Of a stretch of 64,000 nt of DNA, positions 12,161 to 23,809 are shown piece after piece. Each line of letters begins with the position of its first letter. The first letter of the stretch is position 1. Position numbers and translations under genes: made by a program. The notes under the pieces were generated by a model. It saw nothing but the letters and a program-made list of their open reading frames with translations. It made no database searches and was not told where the DNA came from. The stretch comes from Anthoceros angustus (lineage: Eukaryota > Plantae > Anthocerotophyta), in the NCBI GenBank assembly GCA_010909165.1, contig MU008170.1:496001-560000 (forward strand), read 5' to 3'.

Positions 12161-12479
12161 GGATTGCAGGGCACTAACAACTGTAGCCCCTCACACTATG
12201 GAAATGAGGGCCAGTAACCCCTTACACTACGGAAATGAGGGCTAGTAACCCCTCACGTTGCGGAAACGAGGGCCAATACCCCTACAAGGCACTAACAATT
12301 GTAGCCCCTCACATTGCCGAAACGAGGGCATGATTTACAGCTGGGGAACAGGTGGCACCCCAAAACAAGGGCATGATTTATAGATCGGGAATGGGTGGCA
12401 CCTCATTCGTGTACTGATCCATCCAAAGGACGCTTGATTATGGAGTTCCAATGGGGTGACCCCGGAAGGCACTAACAAC

Positions 12480-14440
12480 GCTTGACTATGAATGAGTGGC
12501 ACCCCATTCGAGTACTGATCCGTCGCTTGACCATGGAGTTCTATGGACCCTTGTCCTATGAATGAGTGGCACCCCATTTGAGTATGATCGGTTGCTTGAA
12601 TATGGAGTTCCAAGGACGCTTGACTATGAATAGGAGGACTGATCCGTCCTAAGGACACTTGACTATGAATGGGTCGACTGATCCATCCTAAGGACGCTTG
12701 ACTATGGGAGGACTAATCCGTCCTAAGGACACTTGACTATGAATGGGACGACTAATCTGTCTTAAGGACGCTTGACTATGGGAGGACTAATCCGTCCTAA
12801 GGACACTTGACTATGAATGGGACGATTGATCCGTCCTAAGGATACTTGACTATGGGAGGACTAATCCGTCCTAAGGACACTTGACTATGAACGGGACGAC
12901 TTATCCGTCCTAAGGACGCTTAACTATGGGAGGACTAATCCGTCCTAAGGACACTTGACTATGAATGGGAAGACTGATCCGTCCTAAGGACGCTTGACTA
13001 TGAATGGGTGGCACCCCCCCTAAGGATGCTTGACTATGAATGGGTGGCACCCCCCTACGGGATGACTGATCCGTCCTAAGGACGCTTGACTATGAATGGG
13101 TGGCACCCCCCTAAGGACGCTTGACTATGAATGGGAGGACTGATCCATCCTAAGGACGCTTGACTATGAATGGGAGGACTGATCCATCCTAAGGATGCTT
13201 GACTATGAATGGGAGGACTGATCCATCCTAAGGATGCTTGACTATGAATGGGTGGCACCCCATTCGAGTACTGATCCATCGCTTGACTGTGGAGTTCCAG
13301 GGATCCTTGACTATGAATGGGTGGCACCCTATTCGAGTATTAATCTGTTGCTTGACTGTGGAGTTCCAAGGATGCTTGACTATGAATGGGTGGCACCCCA
13401 TTCGAGTACTGATCCGTCGCTTGACTATGGAGTTCCAAGGATGCTTGACTGTGAATGGGTGGCACCCTATTTGAGTATTAATTTGTCTATGGAGTTCCAA
13501 GGATGCTTGACTATGAATGGGTGGCACCCTATTCAAGTATTAATCTGTCGCTTGACTGTGGAGTTCCAATGAATGGGTGGCACCCCATTCGAGTATTAAC
13601 CTGTCGCTTGATTTTGGAGTTCCCATGAATGGGGCTTGACTGTGGAGTTCCAAAGATGCTTGACTATGAATGGATGGCACCCTATTCGAATATTAATTTG
13701 TCTATGGAGTTCCAAGGATGCTTGACTCTGAATGGGTGGCACCAAAGATGCTTGACTATGAATGGATGGCACCCTATTCGAATATTAATTTGTCTATGGA
13801 GTTCCAAGGATGCTTGACTCTGAATGGGTGGCACCCTATTCGAGTATTAATCTGTCGCTTGACTGTGCAGTTCCAATGAATGGGTGGCACCCCATTCGAG
13901 TATTAACCTGTTGCTTGATTTTGGAGTTCCCATGAATGGGGCTTGACTGTGGAGTTCCAAGGATGCTTGACTATGAATGGATGGCACCCTATTCGAATAT
14001 TAATTTGTCTATGGAGTTCCAAGGATGCTTGACTCTGAATGGGTGGCACCAAAGATGCTTGACTATGAATGGATGGCACCCTATTCGAATATTAATTTGT
14101 CTATGGAGTTCCAAGGATGCTTGACTCAATGGGTGGCACCCTATTCGAGTATTAACTGCCGCTTGATCGTGGAGTTCAATGAATGGGTGGCACCCCATTC
14201 GAGTATTAACCTGTTGCTTGATTTTGGAGTTCCCATGAATGGGGCTTGACTGTGGAGTTCCAAGGATGCTTGACTATGAATGGATGGCACCCTATTCGAA
14301 TATTAATGGATGGCACCCTATTCGAATATTAATCTGTCGCTTGACTGTGGAGTTCCAATGAATGGGTGGCACCCCATTCGAGTATTAACGTTGACTGTGG
14401 AGTTCCAATGAATCGGTGGCACCCCATTCGAGTATTAACG
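12480..14440 (+). repeat. Tandem array of related 35/39-bp and 69-bp units with higher-order structure
   Basis: Shared core GCTTGACTATGAATGGG. 35/39-bp units at about 12620-13230 and 69-bp units at about 13230-14440; 307-bp block duplication (13629 vs 13936). Confidence 0.9.
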
Positions 14441-16109
14441 GTGTTTGAGATACCCTGAGTGGAGCTCTGTGGAAAGGACCGATGGGTTGCCAGTCTGGAA
14501 CTTGAGTTGCAGAGTGGTACACGCCTAGGTCGTGCGGTTCCGCCAGACCCAACATGACGGAGCCCATTCAAGCGATAAGTTGTGGAGTCCCAACGTGACG
14601 GAGCCCATTCAAGCGATAAGTTGTGGAGTTTAGGCAGAATAAGCACGAGTTCATTCCCTGTAGAACGAACCCCAGTACTACATCGACATTGGGTTATAAG
14701 TGTGCACTCGGCTAGTCCTCTAGCAAAAGTTGCCCCACAAACTTGCATGACTTAATCGGCACAATTACATGTAATTATTGATATAGGTCGTATGGTGGAA
14801 GGTTGAACCAATGATACCAAACAATTCAATTCCGTTCATGAACACGGAAAGAGGAAGCTGGAAATATGTATCACCGCCAGAAGGTAAGAATAAGTTTATA
14901 TGGAGCTCAAGCACCCACCTTTGATGCCGAAGGCTAGATTCCATCGGGTCTTCTTGGTGCTATTACATAACATAGTAATCACAAAGCTTTCATTTCAAAA
15001 GCCATATTTTGAGAGATTTATCAGTTTTTTTCATAGAATATATATGTATATAAATATATATACATATATATATATCAATTACAAAGTATGTATAAGCCGG
15101 TAGTAAGTAGGCCTTTTCAAATACCTGACCACGAAGTTCTTCGAGCGGTTGGTAATTTTGAAATGCGTGATCGTAGGGGCTAGTCCCCTGGCATGGTGCC
15201 CTTCGTTGGGTTTTTTCCCCTTTGTTTAAGGGGTGGATGGGATTTTCCATCTCTTTTTTATAATAAAGTCTTCTTTTCCGCTATAAGGAATGATGTTTCA
15301 ATAGGTTTCTAACCATCCCATTTGTAGCGGGGGCTAAATCCTTGCTATTGCCACCTTAAGAATAGTGGGACTTCATCTTTTTTGGTTGGATTGAGAGACA
15401 TATTATGAAGTATTTCTTATCTCAAAAGCTGAGCAATTGAGTATTTTTGGGTTCACTCACTTATCCCTCACTCTAGCATTTACTTCTATCTCAACTCTAG
15501 AGCTGACTGGATCCTTAACTCTAGAACTTGGAATGAGGTATATGAAGGTTATTATGTTTGATTATTTTAAAAGATGTTGTTCTATTGTCAAAGGACTTGC
15601 CAATTGAGTATCTTTTGGCTGGCTGACTAATCCTGACGCTAGATTAGTGGATGAGGTATATTATTTAAAGATCCCTCTGCTTGGTTAATTCAAGAGGTCT
15701 TGTTTGTTGTAAGATGGCTCTCCACTAAATGCAAGTTTTTGATAATCGGAACAAAAAATGAAAGATATTGTAATATAAAGAGATTTTCTAGTTTTTATTG
15801 ACGCTCTATTGATTCCATAAAGTATCGAGTAATATTTTCTAGACTCTTGCTCATATGCTGGTATATGTGGGAGCTGCGAGCAGGCCGTGAGTTGTGTTTT
15901 GTTTAAATCGGATGTGTCTATGTCACTTGCACGGAACCTGAACCGGTCCGCTTCAGCGCTGGAGCAGCTTGAGCCGCGTCCAACGGTCTGAATTCTGCGT
16001 GGACCTCTGTACAGTTCCTATCCTTGCTTTGCAAATTGCGGGGAAGCATTGGAGGGGAAGAAGAATGGTCCAACCTGCTTTCTCTCACGATCGCCGGACT
16101 GGTGTGCAA

Positions 16110-16607
16110 ATGTACGTGGTGACTGAAACAGTCTGGCGGGATTCACCAGCTGACGATGTGGAGGAAGAGGCGGAGAAATGCCTCGTGAGCGCGCACACAA
16201 GCTATGAGGATGCATGCATCGCTGCTGTCGCCCGGTTTGCGACGTATGCAGGCGCGGATTACCTGAGCTCGAGTATCGGGGGCTGGGATTCTTTGTTACC
16301 AAGGAGTAAGTACCTGGCCATGACGAAGTTCTTTGATTGTTGCGAGCGCGAAGCTGGTGAGTCCCCCTCCAGGTTCCGCGTCGAGCCTGTCGTTCTCTAT
16401 TCTGAGAAAGACAAATCCTCCCCGGGGAATGTTGAACAGGACATCGTTGATCCAGGGAAGTCAGTTAGCGACGACAGTTCAGTGAAGGAGGTCGGTAGAG
16501 AAGAATTCTTGCGGAGCTCTCGGAAGAGGAGGTTAGATAGCGTTGCAGGCAGGCTCACCCGCAGCTCGCGAAGAGCTCCTCGCCAAAGGGCTGAGATTAG
16601 ACCTTGA
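16110..16607 (+). CDS. Unknown ~165-aa protein (candidate orphan gene)
   Basis: Open frame in a GC-rich island. ATG at 16110 gives MYVVTETVWRDS...; acidic N-terminal half and a basic RKRR NLS-like C-terminus. No family recognised. Confidence 0.4.
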   Translation: MYVVTETVWRDSPADDVEEEAEKCLVSAHTSYEDACIAAVARFATYAGADYLSSSIGGWDSLLPRSKYLAMTKFFDCCEREAGESPSRFRVEPVVLYSEKDKSSPGNVEQDIVDPGKSVSDDSSVKEVGREEFLRSSRKRRLDSVAGRLTRSSRRAPRQRAEIRP

Positions 16608-17672
16608 TTCCGGAGGGGATGATGGCAAGAGCTCGGTTCTATGCCTTAGGCCTGAGTCGAAGGGGCACAGGCGGTAGATCGTCATTGTTTCGTTATAAAA
16701 TTCTTGTTAGGGCTGGTCGTTGTACAATATCACCTCGGCGTTGTAGAGTCCAGAAATGTCCTTATACAACTTGCAACTCTGGATACGGAGCTATGAGACA
16801 CCAGAAGGAGGAGGTGCTTTTTACCATATCTCAGAGGTAGGAGATTAGTCAAGGGTAGGATATTAAGCTGCATTGCTCCAAGACCACGACTGAAGATGTG
16901 AAAACCAGGATTCTACCTCGGCTAGTCTTTGAAGGATTTCTTTAACATAAAAAACGACCAATTTACGTTCCCAGTTCTTTGATGATAAAGGTGGATGCTT
17001 CCCCAGTCGCTTGTATCTCAATTTCCTGGAAGCAGGAAGGACTGAGCAGAGCCCCTCAGTCCACCCATGTGCCAAATGGCAGGGTTTGCCAAAAGCAGTA
17101 CCCTACCTTGCTAGTCCAGATCCTGAAAAAGGGTAACAAATATTTCGAGGTTTGCCTGGAGAGCAGTACAGGAGTTCAGCATGCCCAATCAGGCATCGGT
17201 AAGCTAGTCCCGACTTAGCCTTGATATCGTCCGAAGAGCAGTGTGCAAGTTCTCCATCTTCTCGTTGATATCTATGACGACCTGTACAATTGCTGGAACT
17301 CCAACAGTGTGGCAACTTTCTCCCTTGCACACCGTCTTATATCGATCTGGTGCCGCGAAATGCTTTTCAAGGGTCCCTGCGACAGTACAACTTTGCTGTC
17401 ATCAATGAGTTCTGCAAAACATGCAAAATCAGGTGAGAGACGTAGACATAGTTAAAGCAGCTGATGGGAAGGTGTACGACTCACTGTAGGAATGCTGCTA
17501 GCATGACAAGCCCACACCCACAAAACTGAATCCTGAAATTCAATGTTGCTGGGTGGATAGGACTCTTCAGATGAAACTTGAACACACCTGGGTTGTGACA
17601 GACTGCAGTCTGAGACACAGTGGGTGCCGCTCATCAACTCAAAGCCCTGCTTCCCAGAGCATCCTCCAACTG

Positions 17673-20453
17673 TTAGCGATGATCACCACAAGAACAATAT
17701 CCATCCCTGAAGTGATGAACACGGTGTGCATCTCGGACTATGATCTCTCGGCCTTCGATCCTGGAGATGATCTTCGTCCCACTATGACAGTTATCACACA
17801 TTCGAAGATTTTTGGTGACGAGAAGAGTAGAGCCTGCAGCTGTGTTCAGCAGGCCAAAAGCCAAGGCGAGCTTTTCAGCATGCCCACATAAGGCATCTTC
17901 TTTCTCCTCCTCGGACAGGGGCTTTAAGACTTGGGCTGTATGCGGCACATGGCCTTCTTCCTTCATCTGTCCGTTGAGACTCCTTATCTTGTGAGATATG
18001 TCATTTGTCTGGTCACCCACGATGAACTCGTGCACCTTCTTCTCTACTTCGATTGTGGCTGCTGCAGGTTTCTTGAAGGCACGAGTCTGTATTCTCATTT
18101 GCTCTATGCTGTTGACATCCTCCCAGCGTCCAGCACTGGCATAGATACTTGACATCAGCACATAGACAGCAGAGTGTTGGGGTTCTATCTCCAGGAGCTG
18201 ATTGAAGCATATCCTTCCTCGTTCCAAGTCACAGTGAGATTTGCAGGCGCTGAGCAGAGACATCCACACTGCACCTGACGGTTGAAAGGGCATGCTATGC
18301 AGGAGACTCTGTGCCTCATCCAGGTGCCCTGACCGACCAAGAAGATCTACCATGGAGGTGTAGTGTTCTATTCCTGGTGGGAAACCCTCATCTTCCATCA
18401 TTTTGAAATACTGTTGACCTTCATTCACTCGACCAACATGACTGCAGGCAACAAGGAGACAAGTAAATGTGGCAGCATCTGGTTCTACTCCATAACGTTT
18501 CATCTCCTTGAAACATTGGATTGCGCTTTCACAGTCATTATGTTGGCCATAAGCATTGATAAGTGAGGTCCAAGTCACAACGTCTTTGGTTGGAAATCTG
18601 TCAAACAGCCTCTCAGCTTCGACAAGGTTCCCACATTTTGCATACATATCGACCAGTGTGCTGGCAACAAAAGCATTGGATTCCATTCCCCCTTCCAGGA
18701 TCTTAGCATGAACTTGCTTGCCAGTTTGTATGGCTCCTACACTTCCACATGCTTTTAGAACACTAACAAAAGTGAGATTGTCTGGCGTCATCCCATGCTG
18801 CTGCATACTTGCAAACAGATTGAGGGCCTCCCGTCCAAGTCCACGCTGGGCATACCCTTCAACCATAGCAGTCCATGTAATCACATTCTTGATAGACAAG
18901 CTGTCAAAGACTTCGCGGGCATCATCGACGCTTCCACACATTACATAAGTGTCCACTAGTGTGCTCCCTACAAACACATCTGCATCATAGCCACGTTTCA
19001 AGATTTGTGTATGAATCTGCTTGCACAATTGCAGATCTTTCCTCCTGCCACAGGCTTTTAGAATGTTAACAAATGTAACACTGTTTGCTCTTATGCCCCA
19101 TCCACACATTCTTGAATAAAGATCAAGGGCCAATGTATCAAACCCGTGCTGACAGTATCCCACGAGCATTGAATTCCAAGTTGCCAAATCTCTGGCTGGC
19201 AATCCATCGAGCACTCTGCGAGCCTCATCTAATTTCCCACATCTTGCATACATGTCCACCAAGGCACTTCCAACAACTGCATCGTCCAGACCACCTTCCA
19301 GGATTTGGGCATGAATATGCTTGCCCATCTCTACCTCACCCATGCTACCACATACTTTCAAAATGCTCACATACGTTCCAGTGTCTGCTGAGATGCTGTG
19401 CTGCTGCATAGTCCCATAAAGTTGTATAGCTTCTTCATTGAATCCGTTCTGAGCATATCCCACAATCATGGCAGTCCAGGCAGCCACGTTCTTTGCAGGT
19501 AGATTGTCAAACACTACACGTGAATCCTCCAGGCTACCACACTTTGCATACATGTCCACCATGCTGCTTCCTAGAAAAGCATCTGTGTCGAGTCCCTGCT
19601 CCAGAAACTGGGCATGTATCTGCTTGCCGCTGTAAAGGTCACCAATGCTGCCACATGCTTTAAGGACGTTCACATATGAAAGACTGTCTGGGTTTATGCC
19701 ATCCTGTGACAGCATCATGTAAAGTTCCAAGGCTTCCAGGCCAAGGCCATTCTGAGCATAGGCTCCAATCATGGTATTCCACGTGACTATGTTTCTGCTC
19801 GACATCCTGTCAAACACAGCACGAGCATCTTCCAGGCTCCCAAATTTTGAGTACATGTCCACAAGTGTGCTTCCGACAAATACATTCAACTCCAGCCCAC
19901 TGTCCACAACATCGGCATGCACCAGCTTGCCTGCTGCGATATCAGCTGCACTGATACAAGCTTTAACAATAGCCACGTAAAGATACTCATTTGGTTGGGT
20001 CGTCGATTGTCTCATCTCCTGGTAGAACTTGATAGCTTGTTCAGGTTGCCCATATTCACCACACCCTGAGATGATGGCAGTCCATACAAACACATCGGGT
20101 GCAGGCAGTTTCCGGAACACTTCATTTGCTTCAAGAAGCTTCCCTTGAGAAGCATACATGCGTATAAGGTGATTTCCCAGAAAATTGTTGAACTCATATC
20201 CACATCTCACAGAAAGAGAATGAACTTGCCTGCCAACCACTAGGTCCCCTTTCAAAATGCAGCCCCTCAATATCCTGTACAACATAGCTCGGGTGACAAA
20301 CTCTCCTTGTCGGAACATGTGTTCCAGGGCCTGGAAAGCCTGGTCAAGCTCTCTGTCCCTGCCAAACTCTGTCCAATCCTGGCACTTACCAGAACCGTCG
20401 AAATGTAACACCCTGTAGGGTCCAGGAAACACGACGTCAGTACTATGATTCAA
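17673..20453 (-). CDS. PLS-class PPR protein with E1/E2 and a DYW:KP (KPAxA) deaminase-like domain; candidate organellar (U-to-C) RNA editing factor
   Basis: About 20 PPR motifs (L-S-P triplets, then P2-L2-S2), E1, E2, then KKPAAATIEV, HAEKLALAFGL, RMCDNCH and CSCGDHR. The ORF call starts at TTG with an in-frame TGA 7 codons upstream; the first ATG is at 20318, so the true 5' end is uncertain. Confidence 0.95.
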   Translation of the reverse strand: MNHSTDVVFPGPYRVLHFDGSGKCQDWTEFGRDRELDQAFQALEHMFRQGEFVTRAMLYRILRGCILKGDLVVGRQVHSLSVRCGYEFNNFLGNHLIRMYASQGKLLEANEVFRKLPAPDVFVWTAIISGCGEYGQPEQAIKFYQEMRQSTTQPNEYLYVAIVKACISAADIAAGKLVHADVVDSGLELNVFVGSTLVDMYSKFGSLEDARAVFDRMSSRNIVTWNTMIGAYAQNGLGLEALELYMMLSQDGINPDSLSYVNVLKACGSIGDLYSGKQIHAQFLEQGLDTDAFLGSSMVDMYAKCGSLEDSRVVFDNLPAKNVAAWTAMIVGYAQNGFNEEAIQLYGTMQQHSISADTGTYVSILKVCGSMGEVEMGKHIHAQILEGGLDDAVVGSALVDMYARCGKLDEARRVLDGLPARDLATWNSMLVGYCQHGFDTLALDLYSRMCGWGIRANSVTFVNILKACGRRKDLQLCKQIHTQILKRGYDADVFVGSTLVDTYVMCGSVDDAREVFDSLSIKNVITWTAMVEGYAQRGLGREALNLFASMQQHGMTPDNLTFVSVLKACGSVGAIQTGKQVHAKILEGGMESNAFVASTLVDMYAKCGNLVEAERLFDRFPTKDVVTWTSLINAYGQHNDCESAIQCFKEMKRYGVEPDAATFTCLLVACSHVGRVNEGQQYFKMMEDEGFPPGIEHYTSMVDLLGRSGHLDEAQSLLHSMPFQPSGAVWMSLLSACKSHCDLERGRICFNQLLEIEPQHSAVYVLMSSIYASAGRWEDVNSIEQMRIQTRAFKKPAAATIEVEKKVHEFIVGDQTNDISHKIRSLNGQMKEEGHVPHTAQVLKPLSEEEKEDALCGHAEKLALAFGLLNTAAGSTLLVTKNLRMCDNCHSGTKIISRIEGREIIVRDAHRVHHFRDGYCSCGDHR

Positions 20454-21263
20454 GCATGACGGGGTGTGAATTCACAGGCTTGGCATTTACGGCTGTTGGA
20501 CCTGTCAGCATCTTGAATAGCACCACCAGGACTGGATGACCCAACAGGCTGTGCTTCTCGCACCTTTGCCTTACTACCCACATACTCGGAGCTTGTCTGT
20601 CCATCCAGTCCGATGATTAGAAAAGCTCGACACAACAAATCACCAGGCCATAAGCCTACAAACAGGCATTGGTAGAATCAATGTACCTTCTTCCACTTAG
20701 AGGGATGCCCCACAAAGTTTTCCCACAATGTCTGCGGTTCATCTGCAAGCCAGCTGGAAACATGGACTCGTCAAATCCTCACACGCATCATCCGCCAAGC
20801 AAGAGTAACGCCGAAAAAGAGCCACTCACCCAGATCTCTGTCCCGCTGCTGAGGTCGGCGGACCTGTCGGCCGCCTGGACCATGCTTTCGTGGAGCTGCA
20901 GGGACTGCACTTCCTGTCTTTCAGGTATGACACAACCAAGTTCCCACCCACAAGACCAGTTCTCCTCATTCCGGCTTAACGAGCCCCCCGACATGATACC
21001 CTTACAGGTGCAGTGCACTACATGCAATTGCGGGCTTGTAGTTCACAAGTCACAACGAGCCTTTCTGGTGAATGCTGTCCCTTCCCAGATCTCGCTGTAT
21101 GTGGAGCTCCGTTCCCCTGAATTGTTGTTGTTGATGCACCCTAATAAGCTATGCCGTTTGCCTATCCACTGGACGAGGTGTCGGGCAATTGTTGGAATGA
21201 AAAGAAGTTGTGCAATTGTTGATCGCGTCGAGCTGGAAGGGAGTTGGCGAGAGGAGGCTGCAA

Positions 21264-22702
21264 ATGGCGTGCTTCCAGAAGCATCATGATATCATGGGAA
21301 GAGGAGGAATCACAACCGGCCTCTGTGTGACTCCTGTCAGGGGTGAAAACTCCATCGGCTTTGGCAGCCAATGTCGTCGCCTGTATCGCTTGCATGTGTA
21401 TGGCATGCTGAAACTCGGAATTCGCAGCAGTCAGGAGGGTCTTAATGTGAGGAGAGTTGCCAGCAGGAAGGAACGGCCATTAAGGAGAGTGTTCGTGGAC
21501 TATGCAACCGGTCCCACAGTCTCAGGCCAGCCTTCCAGTGCACCCAGCGTAGATGACCTTCAGAAGCAGCTTGAAGCACTGCAAGAAGAGGCAGAAGGAG
21601 TACAATACCGAGGTACCTCTCCTTAGCCCTGAATGCCTCGTCGGCACATGGAGGAGGATCTGTTAGGTGGATAGATACCATGGCATTCCTTTGCAACAGG
21701 GGAATTTGGGTATGCTCTGACGGAGGGAGGCCTGTGTACTTGCAGCCAACAGTGCAAGGGCCCGGTTTGTGCGTTTGTCAGAAGCAGCAGAGCAGCTCAG
21801 ACTTCGGGCTGCACTGGATGTGAAAGCTGGTAGAGAGGAGAGTGCAGTGCGTTTGCTCGAGGAGAAGCAGAAAGTGATGCAAGCGTTGGCTGTGTCCAAG
21901 AAGCGGGCAGCTGTGTTGGAGGAGCTTTCTGCAAAGTTGAATGAGGTGACCACCATAGTGTTGTCTATGTTTGCTTTCGTGGTAGGGATGTCATTGAAGA
22001 TGAGGGATTTGTGCAGTGGATTTGAACCGTTATTTGGCTTGGAAGGCTATCTCGAGGAAGGAGAGCCAGTTAATTGCAGCACTCTCTTGTGCACAACTAG
22101 ACATGGGCACTGTGGTGGTGGGCAGCACCAATGGGGTCCGAGTGGTGCCACCCACAGAGCCACTGGATGGGAAAGAGCATGCTGATTCTGAAGTGGTCGG
22201 TGACAGAGAGCCTGTGGAAGTGGCCGAGGCAAAATCTGAGAGTGGGGAAGAGACTGTCTTGTACCTGGAGGATGACGTTTCTCAGAATCTGGAGCACGAC
22301 CCAACGGCCCCAAGCAGCACTGCTGACAATACCTCCTTTGCAGAGGGATGTGAGACCGGTGTCACCCAAGCAGGTGCACAAGATGAAGGCATGCACCAGG
22401 ATGTCCATGCTGGGGATGAGGGAGCTGACAGCATCATCAGCAACGAGGACTACCATTATTTGATACAACAAATCAATCAAGAAATGATGATGTTGGAGTC
22501 TGACCTGAGATTTCTTCTTGAGGCCATTCCTTACAATGTCACCAGTGGTGATGATTTGAAACTGAAGGAAGTAGAGCTTCTGAAGCATCGGCGCAGGTCA
22601 CATTCTGATCCATGCTCAATTCTGTTAGGAAAGGCTTTATTCAGACTCAGCATAGCCGAACTCACGCTTGATTGTGTGCTGCAGGATATTTCGCTTAGTT
22701 AA
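21264..22702 (+). CDS. Plant coiled-coil protein with transit-peptide-like N-terminus, 3 exons (21264-21612, 21746-21945, 22046-22702)
   Basis: Spliced frame gives LQKQLEALQEEAEGVQYRANSARARFVRLSEAAEQLRLRAALDVKAGREESAVRLLEEKQKVMQAL...LEELSAKLNEAISRKESQLIA; GT-AG introns. Weak PspA/IM30-like resemblance is my inference. Confidence 0.75.
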
Positions 22703-22789
22703 AATGTGTTTTGAAAGAAGATGGGGCGCCAGTGCTGGGTATGCTATGTCATATGACAGAATCGTCACGGGGGACCGACATGACCCGCT

Positions 22790-23063
22790 GCGGACACTAA
22801 TGATCAAGCACGACATGACGGCACTAGAGGCTGACCTGAGATTTCTTCTTGAGGCCATCCCTAATGGTTTCACCTGTGGTGATGACTTGAAACTGCACTA
22901 TGAAGAGCTGTACGCGCATCGGGAAAGGTCAGATCCTGACCCATACTCAGTTCTGTTGGAAGAAACTGAATTCGAACTTAGCATAGCTGAACTCACTTCG
23001 ATTGTCTGCTGCAGGATCGATAGCCTTGGTAAGATGTGTTTTGGACCAGACGTCTACCAGTGA
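22790..23063 (+). pseudogene. Direct copy of the C-terminal ~80-aa module of the 21264-22702 gene
   Basis: ALEADLRFLLEAIPNGFTCGDDLKLHYEELYAHRERSDPDPYSVLLEETEFELSIAELT aligns to MLESDLRFLLEAIPYNVTSGDDLKL...DPCSILL...FRLSIAELT. Confidence 0.7.
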
Positions 23064-23643
23064 CAAGGGATGCCGAATGTGACATCATTTCATACCACCG
23101 ATGTCACAGACAACAAACCTACATGTCCCATTACGCAAACTATTAGATCTCAAGAAAAGGAAAATAGTCCCATGCATCGAAAATTTTGTGGAGTTATGTT
23201 ACGTAGAAATACTATTCATAAAGATCTACCCACGTTCAGTTTCACATTTATGACCATCACATGGGGCAGCTGTATGATACAAAGACATGATTTCAGACTC
23301 TGAACCTGAAGAAAACAGCTACGCATGCACAGTAAGAGCCCAAGTGGGAACGGATGCAGAAAGCCACAACAAACATGGCTGATGGAAGGAGGTTCACCTT
23401 CAGGGTCCTTAGACTTGGGACGTCCGACTTTTGGACATGGAGTTCCTACTTGCTCACCTTAGGTCCTGTCAATATCTTTATGAGTTTGCTCATCTGGTGT
23501 GAAGCCATCTGCTACCTCCTTTCTCGACAACCGGAACCAACTGAAATCTGATGAGTTTGCTCATCTGATGTGGAGTCTTCTGCTACCTCCTTTTTCAACA
23601 ACCGGATCAACCAGAAAACCCATGAGTTTGCTCATCTATGGCA

Positions 23644-23808
23644 TGCCGTTCGGGACATGTAGAAGTTTCACCCCCTTTTTTTCTTGTGATGTCCCTACTT
23701 GACACTCTAGTAGGGACACTCCAGCTTGATGGACACAGCCAGCTAGAGTGTCAAGTAGGGACATCGCAAAAGCAGAAGGGTTGAAACTTCTGGATGTCCC
23801 AAACGGCA
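23644..23808. other. ~165-nt inverted repeat (hairpin)
   Basis: Arms 23644-23710 and 23743-23808 include a perfect 23-bp pair (GATGTCCCTACTTGACACTCTAG / CTAGAGTGTCAAGTAGGGACATC) and an outer imperfect stem. Confidence 0.85.
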
Positions 23809-23809
23809 A

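Noticed and set aside
13076-14249. ORFs with 13- or 23-aa repeats in the satellite (also 6176-7065)
   Set aside because: Unit lengths of 39 and 69 bp are multiples of 3, so several frames on both strands stay open by chance.
12480-14440. CRISPR-like array (palindromic repeat units)
   Set aside because: There are no unique spacers, units are contiguous variants of one another, no cas genes are present and the context is eukaryotic.
10932-15650. CACTA transposon bounding the satellites (CACTAG at 10932)
   Set aside because: No matching inverted terminus with a 3-bp TSD was found.
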